Shown here piece after piece: positions 38,557 to 48,137 of a stretch of DNA of 64,000 nucleotides (positions are counted from its first letter, which is position 1; the number at the start of each line of letters is the position of its first letter). The DNA is from an uncultured Gemmatimonadales bacterium (GTDB taxonomy: Bacteria; Gemmatimonadota; Gemmatimonadetes; Longimicrobiales; RSA9), in the NCBI GenBank assembly GCA_963783305.1, contig CAWAMW010000006.1:32001-96000 (forward strand), written 5' to 3'. The position numbers and the translations under genes are program-made. The notes beneath the pieces were generated by a model, which was given only the letters and a program-made list of their open reading frames with translations, was not told where the DNA came from and did no database searches.

Positions 38557-40506
38557 ATGCCGACCCGTCCTCGCCGCCGGCACTCCAGGCGCTACGTCGC
38601 TCCCATCATCCCCCTCGCACTGGCGGCCATGCTCGCCGCCACCGCCTCGCCCCTCCTCGCCCAGGGGCGGCCCAACAAGCCGGTCCTCCATGGCGCCCAC
38701 TGGGTGGCCATCACCGGCAAGCCGCTGGCCGCCACCGCCGGTGCCCGGATCTTCCACGAAGGCGGCAACGCGGTGGACGCGGCCTGCGCCATGCTCGCCG
38801 CCGCGGCCACCATGTGGGACGTCCTCTCCTGGGGCGGTGAGACCCAGGCGCTCATCTACAACCCGGAGACGGATGAGGTGGTGGGGGTGAATGCGCTCGG
38901 CGTCGCCCCCTCCGGTGCGACGGCGGAGTTCTACCGCGCCGAGGGCTACGACCATCCGCCGCAGTACGGGCCGCTGGCGGCGGTCACCCCGGGCACGCCG
39001 GGCGGCCTCATGACAATGCTGGCGGAGTTCGGGACGCTGTCGCTGGCGGAAGTGCTCGCCCCGGCCATCGAGATGGCGGAGGACGGCTACCCCATGGAGG
39101 CGCAGGCGGCGGGTTCCATCGAGGCGGGCAAGGAGCGGATCCGGGAGTGGCGCTATTCCCGGGAGGTCTTCCTCCCGCACGAGGGCGAGGAGTGGGAGGC
39201 GCCGCGGGCGGGCGAGCTCTTCCAGCAGCCTGACCTCGCCGCGACGCTCCAGAAGCTGGTGGAGGCGGAGCGGTCGGCGCTTGCGGAGGGGAAGAGCAGG
39301 GAGGAGGCGATCCAGGCGGCCTACGATCGGTTCTACCGCGGCGACATCGCCCGCGAGTTCGTCCGGGGCGCCAACGAGGAGGGCGGGCTCTTCACTCTCG
39401 ACGACCTCGCCCGCTGGCAGGTCCACCTCGAGGAGCCGGTCCACACCCGCTACCGGGACTACGACGTCTACAAGCTCAACGTCTGGACACAGGGCCCCGC
39501 CATGCTCCAGATGCTCAACATGCTGGAGCCCTTCGACCTTCAGGCCATGGGCTACAACAGCGCACGCTACATCCACACGGTGTACCAGGTGATGAGCCGC
39601 GCCTTCGCCGACCGCGACTTCTACTACGGTGATCCCCTCTTCCCACCGGCCGAGCCGGTGGAGGGGCTCCTCTCCAAGGAGTACGCGCGGGACCGCGCGG
39701 CGGGGATCGACCCGGCGCGGAACGACCCGGACGTGAAGCCCGGCGACCCATACCGCTACCAGGCCGGTGGTAACCCCTTCCTCGATGACCTCGAGCGTTG
39801 GCACACCACGGGTGTGGAGGGCGCGGGTGACGTGGTCCCCGAGCACGACCGGCCGCCGACCCTGGGCTCGGCCTCGACGCCCTCACCGGTCGAACCGCTG
39901 CACGCCTTCGAGCGCGACTACTGGAGTGGGACCACCACCGTGCAGGCCGCCGACGCCGAGGGGTGGGTGGTGAGCATCACCCCCAGCGGCGGGTGGGTCC
40001 CCGCGGTCATCGCCGGTCGCACCGGCGTGGGCATGAGCCAGCGGGCCCAGAGCTTCGTCACCGACCCGGCCGAGAACCCGTACAACGTCATCGAGCCGGG
40101 AAAGCGTCCCCGGGTCACCCTCACTCCCACCCTCGCCCTTCGCGACGGGCTGCCGTTCCTTTCCTTCGCCGTGCAGGGCGGCGACACCCAGGACCAGAAC
40201 CTCCTCCAGTTCTTCCTCAATGTGGTGGAGTTCGGCATGAACGTGCAGGAGGCCGCGGAGGCGGCCAACGTCAACAGCTACCAGCTCCGGAACTCGTTCG
40301 GCGACCACGAATCGGTCCCCGGCCGGCTGCTGGTCAACGATGCGATGCCGCCCTGGGTCCGGGAGCAGCTCCGGGAAATGGGGTACGACCTGGCCACCAG
40401 GGACCGCACGTCCGGGCCCATCAACGCCATCTGGTTCGATCGCGCCCACGGCACCATGTGGGGCGGCTCCAGCGACTATGGTGACGACTACGGGATCGCC
40501 TGGTAG
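38557..40506 (+). CDS. ggt: Gamma-glutamyltransferase family protein
   Basis: GGNAVDAA, PGTPGG, FYRGDIA, AFADRD.YYGDP, N-terminal nucleophile SGTTTV, PGKRPRVTLTP, GGDTQDQ. Confidence 0.9.
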   Translation: MPTRPRRRHSRRYVAPIIPLALAAMLAATASPLLAQGRPNKPVLHGAHWVAITGKPLAATAGARIFHEGGNAVDAACAMLAAAATMWDVLSWGGETQALIYNPETDEVVGVNALGVAPSGATAEFYRAEGYDHPPQYGPLAAVTPGTPGGLMTMLAEFGTLSLAEVLAPAIEMAEDGYPMEAQAAGSIEAGKERIREWRYSREVFLPHEGEEWEAPRAGELFQQPDLAATLQKLVEAERSALAEGKSREEAIQAAYDRFYRGDIAREFVRGANEEGGLFTLDDLARWQVHLEEPVHTRYRDYDVYKLNVWTQGPAMLQMLNMLEPFDLQAMGYNSARYIHTVYQVMSRAFADRDFYYGDPLFPPAEPVEGLLSKEYARDRAAGIDPARNDPDVKPGDPYRYQAGGNPFLDDLERWHTTGVEGAGDVVPEHDRPPTLGSASTPSPVEPLHAFERDYWSGTTTVQAADAEGWVVSITPSGGWVPAVIAGRTGVGMSQRAQSFVTDPAENPYNVIEPGKRPRVTLTPTLALRDGLPFLSFAVQGGDTQDQNLLQFFLNVVEFGMNVQEAAEAANVNSYQLRNSFGDHESVPGRLLVNDAMPPWVREQLREMGYDLATRDRTSGPINAIWFDRAHGTMWGGSSDYGDDYGIAW

Positions 40507-40536
40507 CCGCTCCCCGCCCACCCTTTTCGGGACCCG

Positions 40537-41454
40537 CTAGCCCTCTTCCGTGTGTGTGTCGGCGCCATAGAAACGGCGCGCGGGAGCGTGCACGTCCACG
40601 GCGTCCGTCCGGCTGCGTTCCTCGGAAGGGCTATGCCCGCCCCCCCCGGTCCCGGCACGCTCGAAGAAGTCGTCGACAGCCAGGGCATGGTTCTGTGTCA
40701 GCGGCAGCCCGCCGTATTGCGGGTATTCCGCGAGATCCGGCGCGAGCAGACCGGCGACCACTACCTTCTTGGATCCGTGGTCCAGCCGCACACGCTCGCT
40801 CGGCAGCAGGACATGTCGGTCCACCGGCTCGAGCGCCAGCGTCTTCTCGTCCACCGCGACATCCAGGTAGCGGGCCTTCATCTCACCCGTGGCGACCAGG
40901 AGCTCCGAGACGCGACCCACGGTTTCACCCTCGCCCGTTACGACCTTCCACCCGCGAGGGTCATCGCCGCCGACCTCGTACTCCTTCTCCAGATCGGCCA
41001 TCCGACGCAGCTCCACCGGCTCCCTGACCGCCCGCACCCTCCCGGTATCGGCCTCCCCGGTTTGGATGACCTCGCCCGCTTCCGTGCCTCTGCCCTGCCG
41101 GCTCGCCCCACCGTAATACGCGCGCAGCCGGCGCTCGTAGCTCTCATCGAGCGTCTCCGGCTCCATCACGTATTCGGGCGCCTCCTCGAGGCGCTCCTTC
41201 GTGACACCCTCTACCCACACGGTGTCTCGTTCCCGGTCCGCGCGGGCCTGGTCGAGAGGGATGAGGACATGCTTCTTCATGAACCCGAGGTCCACCTCGA
41301 GGTAGCTCAACTGCCCATCGGCACCGAGCAGCATGTCGTCCACCTGTCCCGCCTTCTTGTCATCGGACGCCGTCCGAACGGTCCAGCCACGGACGTCCCA
41401 CGTACCCGCGGGGAACTCGAACGCGTCCACACGGGAGATCGGTCGCAAAGCCAT
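40537..41454 (-). CDS. Tandem PRC-barrel domain protein
   Basis: Two repeats: DVRGWTV..AGQVDDML..YLEVD and DPRGWKV..VGRVSELL..YLDV. Confidence 0.88.
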   Translation of the reverse strand: MALRPISRVDAFEFPAGTWDVRGWTVRTASDDKKAGQVDDMLLGADGQLSYLEVDLGFMKKHVLIPLDQARADRERDTVWVEGVTKERLEEAPEYVMEPETLDESYERRLRAYYGGASRQGRGTEAGEVIQTGEADTGRVRAVREPVELRRMADLEKEYEVGGDDPRGWKVVTGEGETVGRVSELLVATGEMKARYLDVAVDEKTLALEPVDRHVLLPSERVRLDHGSKKVVVAGLLAPDLAEYPQYGGLPLTQNHALAVDDFFERAGTGGGGHSPSEERSRTDAVDVHAPARRFYGADTHTEEG

Positions 41455-41499
41455 GAGCTCCTCCAGCACAGGGGTTCCACTCCTCCGGTGGACGGGGGG

Positions 41500-41514
41500 G
41501 CAAGGGGAGTGCCA
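41500..41514 (-). promoter_or_regulatory. Sigma54 -24/-12 promoter (TGGCAC-TCCCC-TTGC)
   Basis: Exact TGGCAC-N5-TTGC consensus ~45 bp upstream of the PRC-barrel start. Confidence 0.7.
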
Positions 41515-41647
41515 CGACGAACCCGCGAAACGATCGGAAGCAAACACCTGGCGGTGAACGCCCGAGCGTGCGCATTATGGAGTCCTCCCCGGTGGGCGCG
41601 CCGCGCCCGATCAGTCGACCAACCCGAACACATCCAGCAGCCCGACA

Positions 41648-42946
41648 ATGGCTCCATTGCACTCGAAACTCGCGGTGATGCTTCTGCTCTTCCTCCCCGC
41701 CTGTGGCACCGTTGCGGGCGGCGTGTCCAACTCGCCGGTCGGGCGACGGGCGCACACCGGGGTCGCCGACGCGGGTGCGGAAGACTCGGCAGTCCTCCGG
41801 GAGGGGGCGCTCGACGGCACGGCGTTCGGCGCGGCCGACGCGCCGCGGATCAGACTGGAAGGGCTCGCCCTTCCCAGTACGCCCGGCGCATTCCTCTACC
41901 CCAGCTCGGGAGAGCTGCCCGAAGAGATCCAGAGCCAGGTGGAGCAGTTCATCCACGCGTTGACGGACGGCCGAGCGAGCGGACGATACGGTCGGTGGCT
42001 CGACGGGGAAGCGGTGTGGGGTGACTGGATCCGCGCGGAGCTCCGGGATGCAGGCCTGCCCCAGGACCTCGTCTACCTGGCCATGATCGAGAGCGGGTTC
42101 CACCCCGCGGCCGTCTCTCACGCGGGCGCCGCCGGGATGTGGCAGTTCATGGCTCCGACCGCCCGTATGTCAGGCCTCCGAGTAGACGACTGGGTGGACG
42201 AGCGACGGGAGCCCGAAGCGGCGACTCATGCGGCGATACGTCACCTCTCCGACCTCTACAAGGCGACGGGCGACTGGGCCCTGTCCGCCGCGGCCTACAA
42301 CGCCGGGCTGGGCCGGGTGACCCGAGCGGTGGCAGGGGAAGGCGAACGCGACTACTTCAGCCTGTCCCTGGCCGGACGCCTTCCGCGTGAGACCCGTGAA
42401 TACGTACCCATCATGCTGGCCGCCGCGTGGGTCGACCGCCATCGCGCGGAGTACGGGATCCCGCCCCGGGAGCCGCGCGGGCGGCCGGTCAGCGATTCCG
42501 TTCATCTCGAGGGCCGCACCCGCCTGTCCGTGGTCGCCGACGGGCTGGGGATCCGGCGGGATAGCCTGAAGGCGCTGAACCTCCACCTCGTCCGGGGCGC
42601 CGTGCCCCCGACGGGTGGGATCGTTCGTGTGCCCGTGGCGAGCGACACGGGAGCGCTCTCCGTTCACCTCGCCAGTCTGTCCCGCGAACAGCGGCTACTC
42701 CCCGACTGGATCGAGACCCACTACTCCGTTCGGTCCGGAGACAGCTGGTGGGCGATCGCCCGCCGCCATGACACGACCGTCGACGCGCTCCGTGCCCTCA
42801 ACCCCACTCGCCGCGATGTGATTCATCCAGGCGACCGGCTCATCGTTGCTCGCACAGCCGCATACGACACCGGCCCCGGGAAAGGGTCCCCGACGCCCGC
42901 GGCGGCGCCTCGCGCCTCACCCTCGGCCAGGAACGATATGAAATAG
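41648..42946 (+). CDS. MltD-like lytic transglycosylase with LysM
   Basis: Lipobox LPAC; YLAMIESGF (Glu), AAGMWQFM, AAYNAG, LPRETREYVP; YSVRSGDSWWAIARRH LysM. Confidence 0.92.
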   Translation: MAPLHSKLAVMLLLFLPACGTVAGGVSNSPVGRRAHTGVADAGAEDSAVLREGALDGTAFGAADAPRIRLEGLALPSTPGAFLYPSSGELPEEIQSQVEQFIHALTDGRASGRYGRWLDGEAVWGDWIRAELRDAGLPQDLVYLAMIESGFHPAAVSHAGAAGMWQFMAPTARMSGLRVDDWVDERREPEAATHAAIRHLSDLYKATGDWALSAAAYNAGLGRVTRAVAGEGERDYFSLSLAGRLPRETREYVPIMLAAAWVDRHRAEYGIPPREPRGRPVSDSVHLEGRTRLSVVADGLGIRRDSLKALNLHLVRGAVPPTGGIVRVPVASDTGALSVHLASLSREQRLLPDWIETHYSVRSGDSWWAIARRHDTTVDALRALNPTRRDVIHPGDRLIVARTAAYDTGPGKGSPTPAAAPRASPSARNDMK

Positions 42947-43355
42947 CCAACGCCGCTGCGGGTAGGTGAGGCGCTCGGGATGCATTTCAGCCCGACCTGA
43001 AGGTTACCCTCCGAAAGGTACTCGCCCAGAGCATCCAGGTCCGGCAGAACGACTGCGCCCGCTCCCTCCAGCCGGTCCCCCAAGGCGCCCTGCACCCGCG
43101 CCGCCCACCAGCGCCCGCGTCCCCGAAGGCGCCGCACCCGTCAGCGCCACGGTCTCCCGGGCCACCCCGTCCAGATCGAACCCGGTCGAACACCTTTTAC
43201 AGCCCCTCGCGGTCCAGCCCCCGGACCCGCACCATCGAACGCTCCACCCGTGCGGACGGGGCGCGCCGACCGCACCGGCCCCGGACGTCTTCCGCGGTGT
43301 ACAGACGATTCCCCGCGGCGTCCCGGGCTCCCTCGGAGGCTTTTCGTCCACCGTC

Positions 43356-43420
43356 TGTCTATGAGTTGTCCATGGTATAACTTGCGCTGTTCATATCATG
43401 TACATATCTTGTTCAGGTGA
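43356..43420 (+). promoter_or_regulatory. 11-bp-phased TGTnnA direct repeats (CarH/CarA-type operator) over a sigma70-like promoter
   Basis: TGTnnA at 43356, 43367, 43388, 43399, 43410; TTGCGC(43382)-17 bp-TATCTT(43405). Confidence 0.65.
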
Positions 43421-43457
43421 CAACGGTTGGGACACCCATACAGAAGGAGAGGGAGAA

Positions 43458-44357
43458 ATGACGCGCACGATGGGGATTGTACTGAGCCTTGCGGTCGCCA
43501 CGGTCACGGCCGGGTGCGAGGACGACAAGGGGTCTGCTGCGCCGGAGCCGAGCCTGGTCGAGGTGGCTGCGGCCACCCCGGAGCTGAGTACGCTGGTGGC
43601 GGCGCTTCAGGCCGGGGAGCTGGACGGTACGTTGGGCATGGAGGGACCGTTCACCGTCTTCGCGCCGGTGAACTCTGCGTTCGGTCAGTTGAGCGAGGCC
43701 CAGCTGGATGTGCTGCTGGCGCCGGAGAACCGAGCGCTGCTTCAGAAGGTGCTGACGTACCACGTGGTGGCCGGTGAGGTGTACGCGGCGGAGCTGACCG
43801 ACGGCGCCGAGGTGACGACGGTGGAGGGGAGCACGCTTAGGATAGACCTGAGCGGGGAGCCCATGGTGAACGGCGCCCGCATCATTGGCACGGACATCGT
43901 GGCGTCGAACGGTGTGGTGCACCTGATCAATGGCGTGCTGACGGAGAACCTGGACATCGTGGACGTGGCGACGCTGAACGGGTTCACGACGCTGTTGACG
44001 GCCGCGTCGGCCGCTGGCCTGGTGGACGCCCTCCGGGGCAACGGCAGCGGCGATGGGCTGACGGTGTTCGCGCCGACGGAGGCTGCGTTCGCGGCGCTCG
44101 GTGAGGTCCCGAGCGACCCGGCGGTCCTCGAGCAGGTGCTGCTCTATCACGTGGTGGGTGGCCGTACCCCGTCCTCCGCTCTGACCGACGGGCAGACCAT
44201 CTCCACCCTTCAGGGCGGCACTGTCACGGCGAACCTTTCATCCGGCGTGACCATTGATGGCGCCAGCAACAGCGCCGACGTGATCTCGGCCGATGTGCAC
44301 GCGAGCAACGGCATCATCCACGTGATCGACGCCGTACTGCTGCCCCCGTCCAGCTGA
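43458..44357 (+). CDS. Fasciclin (2x FAS1) lipoprotein
   Basis: Lipobox TAGC; GPFTVFAPVNSAF, LTYHVV, SNGVVHLINGVL, each present twice. Confidence 0.95.
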   Translation: MTRTMGIVLSLAVATVTAGCEDDKGSAAPEPSLVEVAAATPELSTLVAALQAGELDGTLGMEGPFTVFAPVNSAFGQLSEAQLDVLLAPENRALLQKVLTYHVVAGEVYAAELTDGAEVTTVEGSTLRIDLSGEPMVNGARIIGTDIVASNGVVHLINGVLTENLDIVDVATLNGFTTLLTAASAAGLVDALRGNGSGDGLTVFAPTEAAFAALGEVPSDPAVLEQVLLYHVVGGRTPSSALTDGQTISTLQGGTVTANLSSGVTIDGASNSADVISADVHASNGIIHVIDAVLLPPSS

Positions 44358-44381
44358 GGCACCTGAATCGACGGGAATGAC

Positions 44382-44417
44382 GAAAGGGGAGGCGAGCAGG
44401 GGCTCGCCTCCCCTTTC
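44382..44417. terminator. Rho-independent terminator hairpin
   Basis: GAAAGGGGAGGCGAGC-aggg-GCTCGCCTCCCCTTTC, perfect 16-bp stem. Confidence 0.8.
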
Positions 44418-44461
44418 CTCTACAACCGCCGGGGGGAAGATCGTTCCGTGGCGCCTCAGAC

Positions 44462-45223
44462 CTACGGGCGCCAGATGACGGACGCGACCGCGCTGTGGAG
44501 CCAGGCGAAGGTGTAGACCTCGTCCACGTCGGCGCCCCCCTCGACGGTGCGGTAGCCGAGCTCCAGCGTCCAGTTCTTCGCCACGTCGTAGCCCAGCTCC
44601 AGCGCGGCGTCCTCGGCTCGCCCGGGGCCGCCGGCCAGGGCGTCGACATCGAGGCCGAGCCGCCAGCGAGGCGCGAACCGCCAGTGGCCGGCCAGGTGGA
44701 GGAGCGGTACGAAGCCGAGGTCCGTCTTCTCGCCGGTGGTCGGACCCTGCTCCAGGCGAATGACCGCATCCCGGATCTTGGCCGTGAACCCTACCCACCC
44801 TGTCGTCGTCTCGCTCTGGTGGAACCGGTAGCGGTAGGTCAGGCGGTACGAGTTGAAGGTGTAGGTCGCGTCCGCCGGCTGCCCTGCCGTGAACGACGCC
44901 CCGGCGAAGTCGATGGCCGTCCCCGGCGTGCCGGTCTCGGTCAGGGAGAACGGGGCCAGGAGCAGCCGGAGCCCGTGGCGGTCGTTGAAGTTCCACGTGA
45001 CGTACAGCCGACCCCCGGCCCACGGCCCGGCGCCGGCGAGGTCATAGAGGGAGAACCGGGTGGCCGAGCCGTCGTTGGGGATCTCCACGTCGTTGTAGCT
45101 CTGCCACACGGGGCCGCCTTCCAGTTCGATCTGCACTGTGGGCGCACCCTGTGCCCTCCCCGGTGCGGCCGCCAGCCCGACGAGCAGGCCGGCCGCGGCC
45201 AGTCTCGCGATCCATACGCGCAT
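44462..45223 (-). CDS. Hypothetical outer-membrane beta-barrel protein
   Basis: Signal peptide (GRA-Q), amphipathic aromatic beta strands (YTFNSYRLTYRY, LELGYRTVEGGAD). Confidence 0.75.
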   Translation of the reverse strand: MRVWIARLAAAGLLVGLAAAPGRAQGAPTVQIELEGGPVWQSYNDVEIPNDGSATRFSLYDLAGAGPWAGGRLYVTWNFNDRHGLRLLLAPFSLTETGTPGTAIDFAGASFTAGQPADATYTFNSYRLTYRYRFHQSETTTGWVGFTAKIRDAVIRLEQGPTTGEKTDLGFVPLLHLAGHWRFAPRWRLGLDVDALAGGPGRAEDAALELGYDVAKNWTLELGYRTVEGGADVDEVYTFAWLHSAVASVIWRP

Positions 45224-45260
45224 GATCCCTCCCTCGTACGGTGGTGGTGCGGCTCCGGGG

Positions 45261-45725
45261 CTAGTGCTCGTCCCCTCCGCCCGCCCCGGCTTCCTCCCGA
45301 CCGAAAGTGGCTACGAGGCCGCGGATAAGCCGGCCCTTCTCCTGGTCGGTCAGCCGCGCCTCCGCGTGCAGCGGCAGGTAGTACCAGGGCGGCATCTCGT
45401 TTTCCTCCACCATCTCGGCGGCCTCATCAGCCTCCTGCTCGCCCTGCCCCCACTCCGATACGTTCAGGTGCTCGCGCCCCTCCGCCACGTCGTTCTGGAG
45501 GAGCCACGACGCCGGAGCGACCTGGCTGTACCACGGCCAGCGGGTCTCGTTGCTGTGGCAGTCGCCGCAGGCGCGGAAAAATAGCTCGCGTGTCTCCGGT
45601 TGGTCCCATCCCGGCTCCGCGGCCACGGCCGGGTTGTCGTGATCGCGGCCGTAGGGCACGACCTGGATGAGTATCAGGATCGCCAGCAGGGCCACCGCTC
45701 CGATCAGGAGAATTCGTTTCATCAA
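45261..45725 (-). CDS. Haem-binding domain c-type cytochrome
   Basis: N-terminal [18 protein letters not shown] (CxxCH), GREHLN.SEW, EMPPWYY..H. Confidence 0.9.
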   Translation of the reverse strand: MMKRILLIGAVALLAILILIQVVPYGRDHDNPAVAAEPGWDQPETRELFFRACGDCHSNETRWPWYSQVAPASWLLQNDVAEGREHLNVSEWGQGEQEADEAAEMVEENEMPPWYYLPLHAEARLTDQEKGRLIRGLVATFGREEAGAGGGDEH

Positions 45726-45946
45726 AGCACGTCCTTGTCGATAGTCATAACCTGCGCATCAGGATGCGGTGAGGAGGCCGCTTGCGCCAGCAGCCGGGCC
45801 GCTCGACCCGTACCCGGTTCGTCGGTACGGGGGACCCGGTCGCCCTTCCCCCTGTCCTCTCGTGGACCGCCGGGGATATATTTCCATCTGGGAATACAGT
45901 TAGAAACGCCGGGCGACGCGCCGGCCGCAGCGAGGAGGAGTGGTCC

Positions 45947-46771
45947 ATGAGCCAGCAGACGGGTGAATCGTGCGGTACGGGAGGAGGGGCGTGCCCATCG
46001 ATCCGTGGAATCCCGCTCCCTCTCCTGCTGGTACTGGGGCTGTTGATCTATACGGTGGCCCAGGGTGCCTGGGCGCGAGCGAGCGCGGCGGAGGTGGCGC
46101 CGCAGGATCTCCTGGAGGCCATGGCGGGGGTGGAGCGGTCGTACATCACGGCGCTGTGGGCGACGGGGAACGGCACGCCGGCGGAGGCGGTAGCGAGTGT
46201 GGCGCGGCTCAGGGCGGCGTGGTCGAAGTTCGAGGCGGAGCGGGGTGCGGAGCTGTCGCGGCTGGAGGGTGGGGCGGAGGCGGGGTCGCTGGTATCGGAG
46301 CGGATCGAGGCGGCGGCGTCCCTTGCGTCTGAGGCGCCGTCGCGGGCCCACGAGGTGCTCGAGGAGATCCGGCTACGTCTGCGGGAGCTGCGCGTGGCGA
46401 ACGGGCTGGAATACTTCCCCGACCGCCTGACTGCGTACCACGAGCCCATGGAGGCGATCGTGATCGCGGCAAAGTCCGGGGGGCCTGCGGGCCCGGGGCC
46501 GGAGGCCGTGGCGGAGATCCGGGCGACGCTTCCGGAGGCTATGGAGAGCTGGGCCGCCCTCGAGGCCGCGCCCCACGACAACGCCGTGTATGGGCTGACG
46601 CCTGAAATGCTGCGGCGGCGCGAGAAGCTGCTGGCGGCGGAGCGATCGGCCCTCGAGGAGCTGGCCGGCGCCCTGGAGGCCGGGGACGCGCGGGCCGTGG
46701 GACGGGCCGGCACCGCGCTCAAGCCGGTCTTCGCCCGGATCGTGCTCCTGTACGGTGAGCGCGACGGCTGA
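45947..46771 (+). CDS. Hypothetical exported alpha-helical protein
   Basis: GAGGAG RBS, signal-like hydrophobic segment, helical body with YHEPME. Confidence 0.65.
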   Translation: MSQQTGESCGTGGGACPSIRGIPLPLLLVLGLLIYTVAQGAWARASAAEVAPQDLLEAMAGVERSYITALWATGNGTPAEAVASVARLRAAWSKFEAERGAELSRLEGGAEAGSLVSERIEAAASLASEAPSRAHEVLEEIRLRLRELRVANGLEYFPDRLTAYHEPMEAIVIAAKSGGPAGPGPEAVAEIRATLPEAMESWAALEAAPHDNAVYGLTPEMLRRREKLLAAERSALEELAGALEAGDARAVGRAGTALKPVFARIVLLYGERDG

Positions 46772-46840
46772 GGGCGCGGTAGGGAAGTTGCAGCGGGGAC
46801 CCGCACCGGCAGGCGCAGTTCGACAGGGATGGAGGGGCAA

Positions 46841-47827
46841 ATGGAGCGGAGGCGACTGGGGTCGCACGGGTTGGAGACATCGGCCGTTGGACTCGGCTGC
46901 ATGGGGATGAGCGAGTTCTACGGCGAGACGGAGGAGGGGCGGGGGATCGAGGTGATCCACCGTGCGCTGGACCTGGGGGTGGAGCTGCTGGACACGGCAG
47001 ACATGTACGGCCCGTTCACGAACGAGGAGCTGGTGGGGCGGGCGATCGGCGATCGTCGCGACAACGTGGTTCTGGCAACGAAGTTCGGGAACGAGCGTCG
47101 CCCCGACGGCACCTTCGTGGGCGTGAACGGTCGTCCGGAATACGTGCGCGAGGCGTGCGACGCGTCGCTGGCGCGGCTGGGGGTGGAGCACATCGACCTG
47201 TACTACCAGCACCGGGTGGACCCGGACGTTGCTATCGAGGAGACGGTGGGTGCCATGGCCGAGCTGGTGGCCTCGGGGAAGGTCCGCTGGCTGGGGCTGT
47301 CGGAGGCGGCGCCATCGACGATCCGGCGGGCGCACGCCGAGCACCCCATCAGCGCACTCCAGACCGAGTACTCGCTGTGGACCCGGTTCGTAGAGGCGGA
47401 GGTCCTGGCGACGGTCCGCGAGCTCGGGATCGGCTTCGTCGCCTACTCCCCCCTCGGCCGAGGATTCCTCTCCGGTCGGATCCGGAGCCCGGAGGACCTG
47501 GCGGAAGACGACTGGCGTCGGGAGAACCCGCGCTTCCAGGGCGACAACTTCCGGCGCAATCTCGAGCTGGTGGACCGGGTGCGCGGGATGGCCGACGAGA
47601 AGGGGCTGGAGCCGGCGCAGCTGGCGCTGGCGTGGCTGCTTCACCAGGGAGACGACATCGTGCCCATCCCCGGCACCACCCACCCCGACCACCTCGAGTC
47701 GAACGTGGCGGCGGTCGAGGTCGAGCTGGACGAGGGGGAGCTGGCCCGGCTCGACGAGCTCGCGCCGCCCGGGACCGCCGCCGGGGACCGGTACCCCGAG
47801 CAGGGGATGAAGGCGGTGAGCCGGTAG
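46841..47827 (+). CDS. Aldo/keto reductase
   Basis: [45 protein letters not shown]. Confidence 0.96.
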   Translation: MERRRLGSHGLETSAVGLGCMGMSEFYGETEEGRGIEVIHRALDLGVELLDTADMYGPFTNEELVGRAIGDRRDNVVLATKFGNERRPDGTFVGVNGRPEYVREACDASLARLGVEHIDLYYQHRVDPDVAIEETVGAMAELVASGKVRWLGLSEAAPSTIRRAHAEHPISALQTEYSLWTRFVEAEVLATVRELGIGFVAYSPLGRGFLSGRIRSPEDLAEDDWRRENPRFQGDNFRRNLELVDRVRGMADEKGLEPAQLALAWLLHQGDDIVPIPGTTHPDHLESNVAAVEVELDEGELARLDELAPPGTAAGDRYPEQGMKAVSR

Positions 47828-47832
47828 GTTGG

Positions 47833-48127
47833 CAGGCTGCTGAAGAGGTCGGAGGCGCGGGTCGAGGGTCGATCCCTGCGGTCGCTCCGCTTCCCGAGGA
47901 CCCCGCTGGCGCGCGAGGCGACCGCGCTGCGCGCGGCGTCGACGGGACGGGGCACGCGCGTGTGCTTCCAGCTACGGCGGCGCGAGACTCCGGGGAAAGA
48001 CGGAGCGCAGCGGAGATCGACCAGCGAGGCCGGAGGCCGAAGCGATCGACCAGCGAGCGAAGCGACGCGAACGACAGGGAGCGCGAGCGACCGTTCGCTC
48101 CCGCCCACCGCATGTCTCACCGACCTG
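47833..48127. repeat. Structured intergenic element (REP/MITE-like)
   Basis: Long imperfect stem (GGTCGATC/GATCGACC, CGCTCCG/CGGAGCG), 14-bp direct repeat GATCGACCAGCGAG, GAGCGAAGCGA motif, CAGGCTGCTGAAGA end. Confidence 0.45.
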
Positions 48128-48137
48128 TCGGGGCTCG

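Noticed and set aside
40537..41454. Similarity of the PRC-barrel protein to photosynthetic reaction-centre H subunit
   Set aside because: PRC barrels are widespread; no puf/bch genes here and no N-terminal TM helix, so not evidence of phototrophy
42947..43350. ~400-bp gap after the lytic transglycosylase as a possible riboswitch or small gene
   Set aside because: No riboswitch consensus recognised and the ORFs are low-complexity; an Rfam search would be needed
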